Origin: Octopus vulgaris
Lineage: Eukaryota
NCBI GenBank assembly: GCA_951406725.2
Contig: OX597831.1
Span: forward strand, 66,154,001-66,218,000
DNA length: 64,000 nucleotides
Direction of reading: 5' to 3'
Part shown: in pieces, positions 1 to 12,910 of the stretch
Layout: each line of letters starts with the position of its first letter
How positions within the stretch are numbered: the stretch's first letter is position 1
The notes under the pieces: model-generated
The model's database searches: none
What the model saw: the letters and a program-made list of their open reading frames with translations, nothing else
Told to the model about the DNA's origin: nothing
Position numbers and translations under genes: made by a program

Positions 1-195
1 AATTGAAGAGCATGGTCTTCTGCTAATTCAGGATTGTTATCACCCCGAATTAATAGAAGTTGTCAAGAAGGTTTTTGATTACTAAATAGAGAGAAAAAAA
101 AGACCACGTTAAACGTTTATGAATTCAGTCCAAGGAATTTATTTCAGAAGTCATCAAAACAGACACCTTCTTTGCTTAGTGTCTCTACTCTAAAC

Positions 196-741
196 CAGTG
201 GTTACCAAACTATGAGTCGCAACCCACAGATGGGTCATGAACGGAATCTTAGTGGGTCGCAAAAAGTTATAAAATTACGCCTTAGCTTTGATTAACTGCT
301 GTCTTTCGAGATAGTTCAAGACTTATGTTTTCAATACCAGACTTGTTGTTTTATCAAGCAGTAGGCTTTTTCACGAACTTAACAAATCAGAGGTACCCAA
401 TCATTTCTGCCGAAGCATTAAAAGTACTTCTCCCTTTCACGTCATCTTACATTTGTGAAGCTGGATTTTCAGCAAGGGTTGGGATTAAAAGCAAATATCG
501 AAATAAACTGCAGCTCTCAAATTCTTTACACCTGAAACTATCACACATTGAACCTGATGTTAATTCTATTATTGAGCGTAGCAAGAAACAGGCTCATCCT
601 TCTCACAGGCCTCACTGAAGATGTAGTCTGAAATAAATTTGTTAATTTCATTAATGTTTTTACTCAGTAGAGTTAAGTGGGTCGTCATAAACTTGTGTGA
701 TAAATAGTGGGTTGCGACTCTAAAAAGTTTGGGAACCACTA
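196..741 (+). mobile_element. hAT (Charlie-like) DNA transposon, internally deleted, retaining the transposase C-terminal dimerisation domain
   Basis: TIRs CAGTGGTTACCAAACT (196) and AGTTTGGGAACCACT (~740). ORF 325-618 has LLPFTSSYICEAGFS...KSKYRNKL...QAHPSH, typical of Charlie/Buster hAT C-termini. Confidence 0.85.
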
Positions 742-1009
742 AATCAGTTTATTTCAATACAAAAGTTTAAAGTCTAAACTTTAGTATTGAAATAGATTGA
801 TTTAGTAGCAAGTGTTTGACTTAAAAGTATGTACTGTAACTAATACCATTAATATTGTTGTTACATTTGTATCAAAATATAAATCATTAATTAGTTGGAA
901 CTAACAGGGCAAAACTGGGGCCATTTTTGGTATCAGCACTCAAAAATTTACTGAAAAGTAGGTCTAAATTATGGTGCAAATGATGTCCCTAATTGATATA
1001 TGTGGATAT

Positions 1010-1616
1010 GGCACGGCTTGGCTTTGCGAACGAAGATCAGGAAGGCTGTCCACGTCGCGTGCATGCACGCTCATGACTTACAAGTCCAATATCGGAAAGG
1101 CAGGTCTGTGAGCAGTGTCCACAGACGAAGGTAATATCCAGTGTGGTGTCAGAGGCGGCTCGCGCCTTCCTCCTGTGTCTCTTGTCTTTAAGTGTGTCTC
1201 TTCTTTGTTCCTCAAACGTGCTGACTGTGTTGAAGATCATGTGGCGCCAGACATCGCGGTCCGCAGCCAGGTCTGACCAGCATTGGTGGTTAATATGACA
1301 TGCTGTTTGAGACTTCTTGGAGGCAGTCTTTGTAGCGCTTCCTCGGAGCTCCTCTCTCTCGGTGGCCGGTGGAGAGTTTGCCAAACAGGGCAATCTTTGG
1401 AAGGCGATGGTTCTCCATTCTGGAGACATGCCCTGCCCATCGGAGGTGGTACTTCAGTAGCATGACTTCAATGCTGGGGATCTCGGCCCGCTCCAAGACC
1501 GCAATGTTTGTGACGAAGTCACTCCAGTGAATGTTGAGGATGGTGCGGAGACATTGCTGGTGGAAGCGCTTGAGGAGACGGATGTGACTGCGGTAAGTGA
1601 TCCAGGTCTCTGAGCC
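1010..1616 (-). mobile_element. RTE-clade LINE 3' fragment (frameshifted)
   Basis: Minus-strand peptides LRWAGHVSRMENHRLPKIALFG...GAPRKRYKD and WSDLAADRDVWRH...FVCGHCSQTCLSDIGLVSHERAC (C-terminal Zn finger). Candidate TSD GTGGATAT at 1002-1009 and 1617-1624. Confidence 0.9.
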
Positions 1617-2231
1617 GTGGATATATCAATATACAAAAGGGGTATGTTGTATCTCCAAGACTAGAACTGAAATAGCAAAATCAATGGTATATTTGGAATC
1701 AGTACCCAAAATACACCCTAAAATACATCTAACTTGTAATGCATTAAGATGTAAGGTGAAACTTAATTAGCAACATCAATATATAAAGAGTTGTGTTGTA
1801 TTTCCAAAAGTAGGGGTGAGACTATCACCCCTACTTTTCGAGATACAAAAGAATAAACTCAGAGGATTTCAATTACAATTTGTAATTATAAAGAGCTTTA
1901 TCCATTATATAATCAGAATGTTCCACTGTTGAATGTTTTGATTTATCAGACAGAGATGTTAGACTAGTGTGACGCAAGCTGCTGAAATAATTTGACATTT
2001 ATATTAATTAGTTGTTTGACTGTTTGAATGATTTCTATAAAAGTTTAAGAATCATAAACAGTTTGTTCAGTTCACAATGTATGAAAGAAAATCTCAAATT
2101 TGTGTTCAGATTGCTTTGTGACTGGAATAGTATAATAGTATATAATAATGTTCACAAAGTAAAAATAATGTTAGTAAGTAGTAATGTTTTCTGTAGTGAT
2201 ATTATAGGTCTTCTTAGTTTGTTGGTTACCA

Positions 2232-2669
2232 GGATCTTTTCGGTTTGAAAGGCAGTTTTTTCTAGCGGTGTCATATGAAATTGTCACCCATAATTATGAC
2301 CCTAGTATCGATCTATTGCATTTCAATCTGTTTTAGGGTTAGGGTTAGTTAGGGTTAGGGTTAGGGGTGGGGGGAAGGGTATCTTTTTCTCTTCACAAAT
2401 GTAAATAAACCCAATCTGTTTCTTAAACGAGGGACATATTCATACGGCACAGAATGCTTTTTTTTACCTCAATAGACGTTACTGATTGGTTGAAATTGCA
2501 GAAATTGAAGAAAAAAAAAACAACAAATATCTTACAAACTATAGAATTTTCTCAATAAAGCCAAGAGAAAAAGATGTTTTATAAACACATTCTACCAATA
2601 TACAAAGTTTAAAATTTTTTAGCTACCTAGAAATTATGTTAAAAACTGCCGATCAAACTGAAAAGATCC
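2232..2669. mobile_element. MITE (Merlin-like) with internal TTAGGG repeats
   Basis: ~29-bp TIR GGATCTTTTCGGTTTGAA.GGCAGTTTTT / AAAAACTGCC..TCAAAC.GAAAAGATCC. Near-perfect 8-bp TSD GGTTACCA/GGTTACTA. GG termini plus an 8-bp TSD fit Merlin (inference). Confidence 0.75.
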
Positions 2670-3594
2670 GGTTACTAATTTCTCTGATGTGATCTTTGAT
2701 GATGTCTTTCTACAGCATGTGTCTTGTCATTAAAGTTGTCATTAATGTTACTAACGGTTTCTCTTTTGCTTTTCTGTTTTGACATTATAAAGTCATCAAG
2801 TAATATTAATATCTTTGTAACGATCCTCCAGTATTTTGTCTGGCTCATAAAACATTAGATTTATTCAGAAAGCCTTATTATTCTGGAAATAGGTTTCATT
2901 GATATACATTTATTCTAGATTTTTTCCCTCGAGAGCAATAAATTCTCTCAATGTCTACAGCTATTAAGGTTTTGCTGCCAACTAATGATTTCACTTGTAA
3001 CCATTATTACCAGTTCTACGAATAACTCCAATGTCTTCTGTTGTTTCATAGAACAATTCCATCATTGAATTTAAAGGTAGAATATGTTATTTGGCATATT
3101 GGCCTGCAAGTGAGATCCATGCTGCACAAAGACAGAATATATGGCGTAAATAAATATGGTGAAATCGAATAAAGGAACTACACACAAGAGAATTATTTGT
3201 GGTTCTACAGTTTAATCAGCTTAAAGTTAATTGAAAGACCAGTTCATTAAACAGCTTTCTTTTCGACAGATGGTTGGACTAATTGAATGTTTCCAAAAGC
3301 TCTTTGCATTTATACTTCCTTCTGAAAGTTTGCTTTCCAAACAATCCTCATCTGTTTAAATTGTTTTCCTTCGAATATTCTACAGTCCATAACTACTTAT
3401 CTATTACTACCATTTATTGAAATGTGGCATGTATATATACATACATGCCACATTTCACTTTCTATGTGTCATTTCATAGAATTAGTAACTTCGTTTTGCA
3501 TTCGGTATTCAAAATTATTGTCATCACTGTTGCTGCTACTGATGTCGTTTTAAACAATTGCTTTTCTTTGTTGGTTGAGGATGGATATACTTAC

Positions 3595-4130
3595 ATCATC
3601 ATCATCATCATCGTCGTTTAACGTCCGCTTTCCATGCTAGTATGGGTTGGACGATTTGACACGACTGGCGAACCAGATGGCTGCACCAGACTCCAATCTG
3701 ATCTGGCAGAGTTTCTACAGCTGGATGCCCTTCCTAACGCCAACCACTCCGTGAGTGTAGTGGGTGCTCTTACGTGCCACCGACATAAGGGCTAGTCAGG
3801 CGGCACTGGCAATGACCTCACTCAAATCTTTTACACATGCCACCGGTGCGGGTGCCAGTAAGGCGATGCGGGTGACGATCACACTCGAATGGTGTTTTTT
3901 ACGTGCCACCGGCACGGAGGCCAGATGGCCGCTCTGGCAATGATCACGCTCGGATGGTGCTCTTAATACCCTACTAGCACAGGGCACGAGTGCCAGTAGT
4001 GCGACGCTGATCACGCTCGAATGGTGCCTTTTAAGTGCCACTGGCACGGAAGCCGGTTAGCCGCTCTGTCAACGATCACACTCGTATGGTGCTCTTTCCA
4101 CCCCGCTAGCACGGACACCAGTCATCGAAT
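3595..4130 (-). mobile_element. RTE-related SINE-like repeat, family C, with (GAT)n tail
   Basis: Shared core GGCGTTAGGAAGGGCATCCAGCTGTAGAAAC...CCCATGCTAGCATGGAAA.CGGACGTTAAACGATGATG on the minus strand. Several other copies in the window. Confidence 0.8.
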
Positions 4131-5573
4131 TTGATTTTGATTTTTCATTTTTGATATACTTACATTTACTGAGACCATTAATTATGAAGTCAGCAATACC
4201 TGACTAGAGTTTGTAGGGTAAGAAGATTTGCTTGTAAAAGGACTTTATATTATAACTAGCACTAGTGCTAGTGTATGCATATACAGCTGCATGTGTGCGC
4301 ACATACACGCGAGTACTGTCCAAATCTCCGACCAATCACATACAGCTAGCTGGCATTCAATTGGCGTATCAAGTTTCGGGCATTTTGATTGGCTTTTGGA
4401 TAGAAAATTCATAAAAAAGTCACTTCTATTGATTTTTTAATGGCTTTGCTGGGTGACTGGGGAAATCTAAAGATGTGCACAACCACTCTTGGACAGTTTT
4501 GAATGACCATAGAAAGTGCGAGCCCACTAACTAAAAAATTGTGGATTTGTATAAAGGACACACACGCAGACATTTTGCCGTTTATATATGTAGGGATTAT
4601 GTTAAAACAGCTGGATTATCAGGATTCTTTTAAGGCAAGCAAAACTGTTGAATTTCTTTTCATACTCCATGCATGACATTCACCTCTCAAAAGTTCTAAC
4701 ACAGGATTTCTTTTGACCTGCTAACTTATCCTATACTTTGAGTTTCTTGTTTTCCAACATTAGTTAGTTATATCTTATTAACTTGTGCACATATCTCTTA
4801 TTATAAAAGGCAGATTTTATCTGCCTCCCTTTGTAAGTTATAGAAATCTACAATATAGGATTTCTTCAATTACAATTTACCTAGCATTTTTAAGAGTAGA
4901 ATGCATCGGGTCATGCCAGGTCCAGTTTTTAAAATTTAAACTCCAATTAAGCAAAATTTACAGAAAACTCACATTCTGGTGTGTATGTCAAATGCTTTTC
5001 TTAGTCTGGTTTACAGCACACGCAAATACACACACACAGTGTGCAACGAATAAAGTGAAACTAGATGTAATATTTGTTTCTGTCTATCACGCTGATAGAT
5101 ACATGAGTAAAATGTATGGGAAGCTAACAGATAAGAGTGAGTGAAAATGTTCTTCGAAGAGAGTAAATTAGCGACAGAGTGATTTGAGGAAGACTAAACT
5201 GAAAGTATGAAACAGTGTTTATGTATAAACAGACGACACTTATATAAACCCTTTCGTTACCAAACCGCCCGAATTTACCTATTCATATTTAAATGAGAAT
5301 ATCAGAGTAAATCTCTTTAGTACATTCGTGAAAACACGTATTATACTTCGTAAACACTTCAAATAAAGTTTTGTACAAAAATCGAAGTGTAATTTTAATT
5401 CCGTGAATTATGGGAGATTTTTTTCCGAAATTTGTTCCTATTGTGTTTTCAAAATTTGTAATTCTGACAAAAAATGGATACGAATTTCATTATATCAAGC
5501 AGCGAGTCAGAATTCGAAGGATTTTCTACTGAAGACCTTCATATATCTAACTCTATGACTGAAAAAAAAAGCA

Positions 5574-5970
5574 TCTTTATATAAGAGTGAAGTTGTGTGT
5601 CTGTCTCCTACGATTTAGATTCGTAACTACTCCCACATTTTGCGGTGCAGTTTAACCAAAAGCGGGTATCTTATAGTCATGATTCATATCGAGCCCTTCT
5701 GGGTATTAGCGTGCATCTACGATGAGTCTACGATTTAAAAAAATTTACCATCATATTTTTCCATTTTAATGCATTTTTTTCGCTTTTATATAAGGGAAGT
5801 AACTCTCTAAAAATATCTACGATGTGCCAACGATTTAAAAAAATAATTTACCTTAATTTTTATTTCAATTTTTAATGCATTTTTTTGCTATTTTTTGGCT
5901 ATAACTCTCTAAAAATGCTTATATAGTTATTTCCCTTACAAACCCGAGCAACGCCAGGCGATACTGCTAG
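5574..5970 (+). mobile_element. Non-autonomous Helitron
   Basis: Starts with TC after A (TCTTTATATAAGAG). Ends with a GC-rich hairpin-like tract CCCGAGCAACGCCAGGCG, then CTAG followed by T. No TSD. Confidence 0.7.
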
Positions 5971-6144
5971 TGAATAACTAAAAGATGTTAACTTAGTGAG
6001 AGTGCCTCTACAGAATTGCTTAACTCGTTACAAATAGTCGTTATAGATAAACAATGCTAAAATCATTAAGGCTGGAATACTTCTGCTTATTCAAGGCTGT
6101 TATGATTTCCATGTTATGCAACTTGGAAGTCAAAGGGAAAAAAA

Positions 6145-6181
6145 TCACCACCGCCGCCACCACCACTACACCACCACCACC

Positions 6182-6230
<49 letters not shown>
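6145..6230. repeat. (CAC)n/(CAT)n microsatellite
   Basis: Direct reading. Confidence 0.95.
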
Positions 6231-6231
<1 letters not shown>

Positions 6232-6611
6232 TTATGTCCATGTTCCAAATTTGTATGGGTTTTGCACAACGAAATTCCACGTTAAGACAAGATTTTCACG
6301 AATGCGATGTTTCTGTGTGAAAAATATTTATTATGAAGTCTAAGGTTTAATATACGGTATAGATGTAGGAGGGGTAATTTTAAGCATGAACAAGAAATGG
6401 ATTTCAGTGGAGGACAAATACAGACAGTAATTTCATTTCAGATAAACAGAAACCATTTTCCTTTCAGAAGGATAGCCTGATAGTTAGAAAATTTGGGTTA
6501 GAAAAGTTGGATTTTATCAGTTTTGATGGAGATTTTTCAAGATTTTATTTCACCACACCCTTGTAAATGAAGGGGCAAGCTTTATATGAAAAAAAAATTT
6601 TTTTTACAATA

Positions 6612-6755
6612 GGTGCAGGAGTGGCTGTGTGGTAAGTAGCTTGCTTACAAACCACATGGCACCTTGGGCAAGTGTCTTCTTCTATAGCCTTGGGCCGACC
6701 AATGCCTTGTGAGTGGATTTGGTAGACGGAAACTGAAAGAAGCCCGTCGAATATA

Positions 6756-6852
<97 letters not shown>

Positions 6853-7062
6853 TTGTGTTTGTGTGTCTGTATTTGTCCCCCCAACATCGCTTGACAACCG
6901 ATGTTGGTGTGTTTACGTCCCCGTAACTTAGCAGTTTGGCAAAAGAGGCTGATAGAATAAGTACTAGGCTTACAAAGAATAAGTCCTGGGGTCAATTTGC
7001 TCGACTAAAGGCAGTGCTCCAGCATGGCCACAGTCAGATGACTGAAACAAGTAAAAGAGTAA
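6612..7062 (+). mobile_element. tRNA-derived SINE, family A, with internal (TA)n
   Basis: GGAGTGGCTGTGTGGTAAGTAGCTTGC head and CAGTCA.ATGACTGAAACAAGTAAAAGAG tail. This copy lacks the B-box segment. Confidence 0.9.
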
Positions 7063-7529
7063 TAGAATGCCTCAGTGGACTTTTGGAATACCACACCCAC
7101 ATAAATTGGATTTCCTGTTTTGACAGGGATTGTTCAGCTTTTATGTTTTTTACCCCATCCTTGCAAACGATGGAGGGAAGCTTATTACAAAAAAAATTTT
7201 GAAAATTTATGATTACACCCACCCCACCCCTTCTGGACCGAATTTGTTGAATTGTTTTTGCACCACACACTTGAAAACAAAGAACAATCTTGAAAATATG
7301 TGAATTTTTTCAACTCTCAGTATAAATTTTAGCCCTTTTTTTCTTCCTTATGCTGTTAAAAACGATGGGGAAGCCTTGTCTGGTAAAAAAAAAATTTTTT
7401 TGGAAATTGGTGATCACCATTACAATCCCCACTTCCTTTATTTTTAAACAGAAAATGAAATGTAATTCAAAAACAATAGTGAAATTTAAAATTCCTCCTC
7501 CCCTTAAATCCTAAAATGTCTGGGGTTTT

Positions 7530-8650
7530 TTCAAATTGTTTTTTTAATCACGGTTTTAAAATATGGACAGTCTGAATCTACAATTTGTTTCTACTCTTTT
7601 ACTTGTTTCAGTCATTTGACTGTGGCCATGCTGGAGTAGCGCCTTTTAGTCGAGCAAATCGACCCCAGGACTTATTCTTTGTAAGCCTAGTACTTATTCT
7701 ATCGGTCTCTTTTGCCGAACCACTAAGTTACGGGGACGTAAACACACCAGCATCGGTTGTCAAGCGATGTTGCGGGAACAAACACAGACACGCAAATATA
7801 TACACACATATATATATATATATATACGCATGGCTTCTTTCAGTTTCCATCTACCAAATCCACTCACAAGGCTTTGGTCGGCACGAGGCGATAGTAGAAG
7901 ACACTTGCCCAAGATGCCACGCAGTGGGACTGAACCCAGAACCATGTGACTCGTAAGCAAGCTACTTACCACACAGCCACTCCTATGCCTATGTTTATAA
8001 TTTGAAAATAATTATAATTATTTTCAAATTGTAAACAGAAACAAATTATCAGATGAAAAGATGTGTGATTTAAGGGAGATTTAACTGTTGTTTCTAGCAC
8101 ATCTCATGACCACCTGGTACCTCCCTCGTTTCTTTGTCCCTCTGATGTGTATTAATATCTTTTCAATAGTTTTCTCCCCGCAAAACACATTTTATGGAAT
8201 GATGAGGTAGAAGGAATAGTTTTGTTTAATTCGAGGATGGGTTCATTGCTGGGATTTAAACAACAACAAAAAAATTTGCAATTTGAAGTTTTCATCCACT
8301 CTGTACCAAACGAGTCTGTGTGCGTGCATGTGTGTGTGTGCATGCGTGTGTGTGTGTGTGTGTGTGTGTGTAGGTGAGCTGCAGGTATTCAGCTAAGTGT
8401 ATTTTCAAAACTATTGGAAAACATCAACACACATCAGAGGGACAAAGAAACGAGGGAGGTACCAGGTGGTCATGAGATGTGCTAGAAACAACAGTTAAAT
8501 CTGCCTTAAATCACACATCTTTTCATCTGATAATTTGTTTGTCTATAATTTGAAAATAATTATAATTATTTTCAAATTATAAACAGAAATAGATTGTAGA
8601 TTCAGACTGTCCATATTTTAAAACCGTGATTAAAAAAACAATTTAAAAAA
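7530..8650. repeat. Long inverted repeat with the left arm interrupted by a SINE
   Basis: 7530-7592 plus 7991-8180 is the reverse complement of ~8408-8650. Confidence 0.85.
7593..7990 (-). mobile_element. SINE family A
   Basis: Full-length reverse-complement copy of family A. Confidence 0.9.
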
Positions 8651-9023
8651 TTTTGTCTCGGTATTATAGCAACAGTGATAATGAGTTACTTAGTTTTAAT
8701 TTCACCCTGATAATGTATATTGTATCTATTTTTCTAATTAAATGATTAGTTAAAGTCATTCTCTTCATTTTGATCAGATATTCAACCTTTTCAACTTCTC
8801 GAGTGAATTTACTCCAGCAAATGTGGTCAACTTTTACATGACAATCAAGTTTAGTTCCTTTGGTGATGTTCTGAGCAACTCTGTTGTAGTTGAGCTGATA
8901 ACAATGGTACAACTGAAAACTATAGCTGTGCTGATTCCTTCTGATATCTAAGATGCAGGAATTGTATCAGGTCTACTGTATTATATCTCATGCGGCGATA
9001 AGATATATTATATCTTATATAAA

Positions 9024-9441
9024 GGCGGTGAGCTGGCAGAAACGTTAGCACACCGGGCGAAATGCTTAGTGGTATTTCGTCTGTCGTTACATTCTGAGTT
9101 CAAATTCTGCCGAGGTAGACTTCACCTTTCATCCTTTTGGGGTCGATAAATTAAGTACCAGTTACGCACTGGGGTCAATGTAATCGACTTAATCCGTTTG
9201 TCTGTCCTTGTTTATCTCCTCTGTGTTTAGCCCCTTGTGGGTAGTAAAGAAATAGGTATTTCGTCTGCCATTACATTCTGAGTTCAAATTCCACCGAGGT
9301 CGACTTTGCCTTTCATCATTTCGGGATCGATAAATTAAGAACCAGTTATACAATGAAGTCAATGTAATCAACTTAATCCATTTGTCTGTCCTTGTAAATC
9401 TCCTCTGTGTTTAGCACCTTGTGGGTAGTAAAGAAATAGGT
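9024..9441 (+). mobile_element. tRNA-derived SINE, family B (internally duplicated)
   Basis: GGCGGTGAGCTGGCAGAA A-box and GAGTTCAAATT B-box. The body CCTTTCATCCTTTCGGGGTCGATAAATTAAGTACCAG is present twice. Confidence 0.85.
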
Positions 9442-9633
9442 ATTATATCTCATGTTAATGCTGTTCTTGTTTAGCCTCAGGTCAGCTCTGATTGGTTAGG
9501 CCTTTACACATCTGTAGTATTTTGATGATTCTATCAATAATCATTTTCTGTTAATGGTTATTTATTGTAATATCTGTGGTATGAAAGTTTTTATGTTTCA
9601 TTTTTTCATGTACAATTCCTGTAATAAGTTTAA

Positions 9634-9850
9634 CCCTTTCGTTACCAACCCGGCTGAAACTGGCTCTGGTTTGTAGTACAAATGTCTTGTTTTCATAAGT
9701 TTTGCATCAAAATATACCACCAAACCTTAATCCCAATTTATGTTCCTAACACTAGCTTAATAACTAAGTTATTTTATCAAATTCTTTGTTATATTTAAAA
9801 TAATTGAAAGAAACACAGAGTATCTCAAAATAAATACGGTAATGAAAGGG
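9634..9850. mobile_element. piggyBac-like MITE
   Basis: TIR CCCTTTCGTTACC / GGTAATGAAAGGG flanked by TTAA on both sides. Second copy at 35938. Confidence 0.85.
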
Positions 9851-9990
9851 TTAACAAAGGTTTTAATATGGATATTACTGAGGATTATGATGATGGCCCT
9901 AGATTTTTCAGGTGTTTTATGTGCATTTCAATTGTTTGACTGATAAAAATCTTGTGAGGATTTTTATTATTTTCTGCATATTTGTTGGTA

Positions 9991-10348
9991 CAGGTCGGGT
10001 TTCATACAGTTTTTACTCTGCTCAAGAAAGTTGTAGCAAAGATTTTGAAATAGATTGTGTGTATTTCATAGGTGATCAAATGCTGGAAGCAGTGTTCCTA
10101 CTGCGTATGTGTTGGTAAGTGCATTGTTGCTATGGAGCATTGAATTTCGTGATTTCAAGATATCAAAATCAGGTCGGGTTTCATACAGTTTTTACTCTGC
10201 TCAAGAAAGTTGTAGCAAAGATTTTGAAATAGATTGTGTGTATTTCATAGGTGATCAAATGCTGGAAGCAGTGTTCCTACTGCGTATGTGTTGGTAAGTG
10301 CATTGTTGCTATGGAGCATTGAATTTCGTGATTTCAAGATATCAAAAT
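9991..10348. repeat. Perfect 179-bp tandem duplication
   Basis: 9991-10169 is identical by eye to 10170-10348. Confidence 0.9.
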
Positions 10349-10781
10349 TAATAATGTAATCATGAGCTGAGGGAAAAACTCAGTTGGGGTCAATGGCTTA
10401 AATATAGGAAATTAATTTAAATAACAAAGTACTGAATACTGATAGATTTTTACAAATAAAAGACTTATGAATAGTTTTTGGTCAATATACAGTTTTCTAA
10501 GCATATAAACTATTTTGAATTGATCAAACAGACTTTGTTAGACTGATGAAGCCCAATAAATCAAAACATATCTATTATTGTCTCTTGCTTTAAACACAGA
10601 TCAGACATACTTTCTCCTAAGCATATATTAATTCATTTTGTGAGATAAAGTGTTAATTTCTCGAAATTAACCAAAGTCACCAAAAGTGATAGCTTGTGAC
10701 AGCTTTAAACAAAATTTTCAGTGTAGTAGAAAATTTCTCCATAGTATTAAATATCATGTACAAGTATAAATAAATAAACAC

Positions 10782-11160
10782 AGCTTGTTTACCAACCACA
10801 TGGTTCCGGGTTCAGTCCCACTGCGTGGCACCTTGGGCAAGTGTCTTATACTATAGCCTCGGGCCGACCTAAGCCTTGTGAGTGGATTTGGTAGACAGAA
10901 ACTGAAAGAAGCCCATTGTATATATGTATATATATATGTGCGTGTATGTTTGTGTGTCTGTGTTTGTCCCCCTAGCATTGCTTGACAACCGATGCTGGTG
11001 TGTTTATGTCCCCGTCACTTAGCGGTTCGGCAAAAGAGACCGATAGAATAAGTACTGGGCTTACAAAGAATAAGTCCCGGGGTCGAGTTGCTCGACTAAA
11101 GGCGGTGCTCCAGCATGGCTGCAGTCAAAATGACTGAAACAAGTAAAAGAGTAAAGAGTA
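10782..11160 (+). mobile_element. SINE family A (5'-truncated)
   Basis: Matches the family A body and tail. Confidence 0.9.
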
Positions 11161-12850
11161 TATATTGTACCCATGCTTGTCCAATCCATGCTAGCATGGA
11201 AAGCGAATGCTAAACGATGATGATGCATCAATTGAAAATAGGCAGTGCTGCAGTGCCTGGAGATGAGTTACCATTGGTCTCTAACAATCACAAGGGGTTT
11301 GTTTGCTTTTCTAAATTTCAATTAAGAATTTTTAAAATTCATATGTAATTATGTTATGCTGTTTGTAAATAGGATATCAAATGTATTAAAAACCATAAAC
11401 TCTACTGGGTAAAAGGAATCCATATAATAATGATTGTGTAGCCTTCTTGGTTGATGCTATAGAAAATATTTTGTGCTGTTGAGAGTGTGAGGTTCATTGC
11501 ATTGGGGTATTCTTGTCAAGCAAAACTCATTCCCATAATTTGTTTCTCACCACAATTTCCAACAATTAAAGAATAAATAACGAATATAATTAAGATAATT
11601 AAGCAGTTCAAGGATTCTTTCATGGATCCTAATTATTTTTTATTTCGCAGTTTTTAATTTGAAATTCTACCAGGAATTCTTACCATGATATTGGTATCTC
11701 ACTAGATGTAGTTGCTAGTTTCCATTATTTAGATAATTTAACTAGTACCTGGATGTTTGTGGTTGTAGTGATAGTAAAGCAGCTACAATAAGAATTGAAT
11801 AAGTTCAAAGGGTTTTTATCTCAGTTGATATCAAGAAATGGAATATATAACGCATGTTTAAAAAGCATGAAATTTGATATATGCCAAAGATATGCAATGG
11901 TTGAACGGTAATAAACTGAATATTATCCACTTACACATACAAGATTAACTTGCATAAAAGGTGGAACACAAGGAGGTTGAAAAGTATCAACTGAAAGAGA
12001 TGGAAATAATAATAATGAAAATAATAATAATAATGAAATTATTGTATACAGTGCTCAGGTGCACCACAACTTGTCAGAAAGTGCGTATAAAGTCTGGAAA
12101 GCAAACAATGTATGAGTCAGATACATGCTTGTGTGTGTATGGAGGGGAGAAAATCACTGAGTATAAAGATCAGATGCTGATGATGTAATGTACCTGTAAC
12201 AGAAGAAATTTGAGAAAGCAATACAATGAAATTTTTTTCAAAACATTGATTTGAACAAAAATTTGGCTACCATTTCTAGCTGATCAATCAAAGTATGTAG
12301 AGTAGGCATAGGCCACCTTTATATCAAAAAGCAGGCTGCATGAGACCTGATTCATCATCAGGTGGGGCACACTAGTAAAAAGAAATCAAGGTAACTTTTC
12401 ATTAGTCATTCCATTTAGGAAGTCCTGCAGGTGCTAGGTTGGCTAAAATTCATGGAGGGGGATCCCGCGTTTGCCTTTTTGATTCACTAAGAAAGTGAAT
12501 GTTAATGAAGATGATAAAGATGATGATGATGATGATGATGACTATACTTGGGTTACATCAAATGTAATTCTTCCTCCTTACAATTATTGCTTTGTTTCCA
12601 GTCAAACAAGATCATCATTTTTAAATCTCTGAACGAGATGTAAGCATTATCAAATCTCTGAATGAGATGTAAACAGTAACCGCTCGACAGTGTAAAGTAT
12701 AATAGCCATCTCAATATGGCTAACCACAAAGGGTGGGTGTTACTGTAGCTTTTAGCCCCAGGAGATCATCGTCTCCAGCTGGCTTTAGGCACACTATCTG
12801 TGCCCTTATGGTATTTGCAAAGGGAGGCCATCCCTTTCTCGTAAGCCTAA

Positions 12851-12910
12851 GTGATACGCACCAGACCGCGATTTCGAGGTTGTTGCCTCTTGTCAACGGG
12901 CTGTAATCAC
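12851..12910 (-). ncRNA. Type I hammerhead ribozyme-like motif, U3:A8 variant
   Basis: Minus strand: CCG-UUGACAA-GAGG caacaa CCUC-GAAA-UCGCGG-UC-UGG, with outer GUGAU/AUCAC pairing. Confidence 0.65.

Noticed and set aside
2333-2365. Telomere or chromosome-fusion site
   Set aside because: Only ~5 units, internal to a multicopy MITE.
7585-7972. Recurrent ORFs such as [17 protein letters not shown] and [12 protein letters not shown]
   Set aside because: Chance translations of SINE family A, repeated at every copy.
10538-10580. CTGATGAAGCCC...AAAACATATCTA as another hammerhead
   Set aside because: The core is present, but stem II does not pair and GAAA is absent. Too degenerate to call.
12730-12790. 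Twister- or HDV-like ribozyme in GGGTGTTACTGTAGCTTTTAGCCCCAGG
   Set aside because: The required pseudoknot pairings could not be built by eye.
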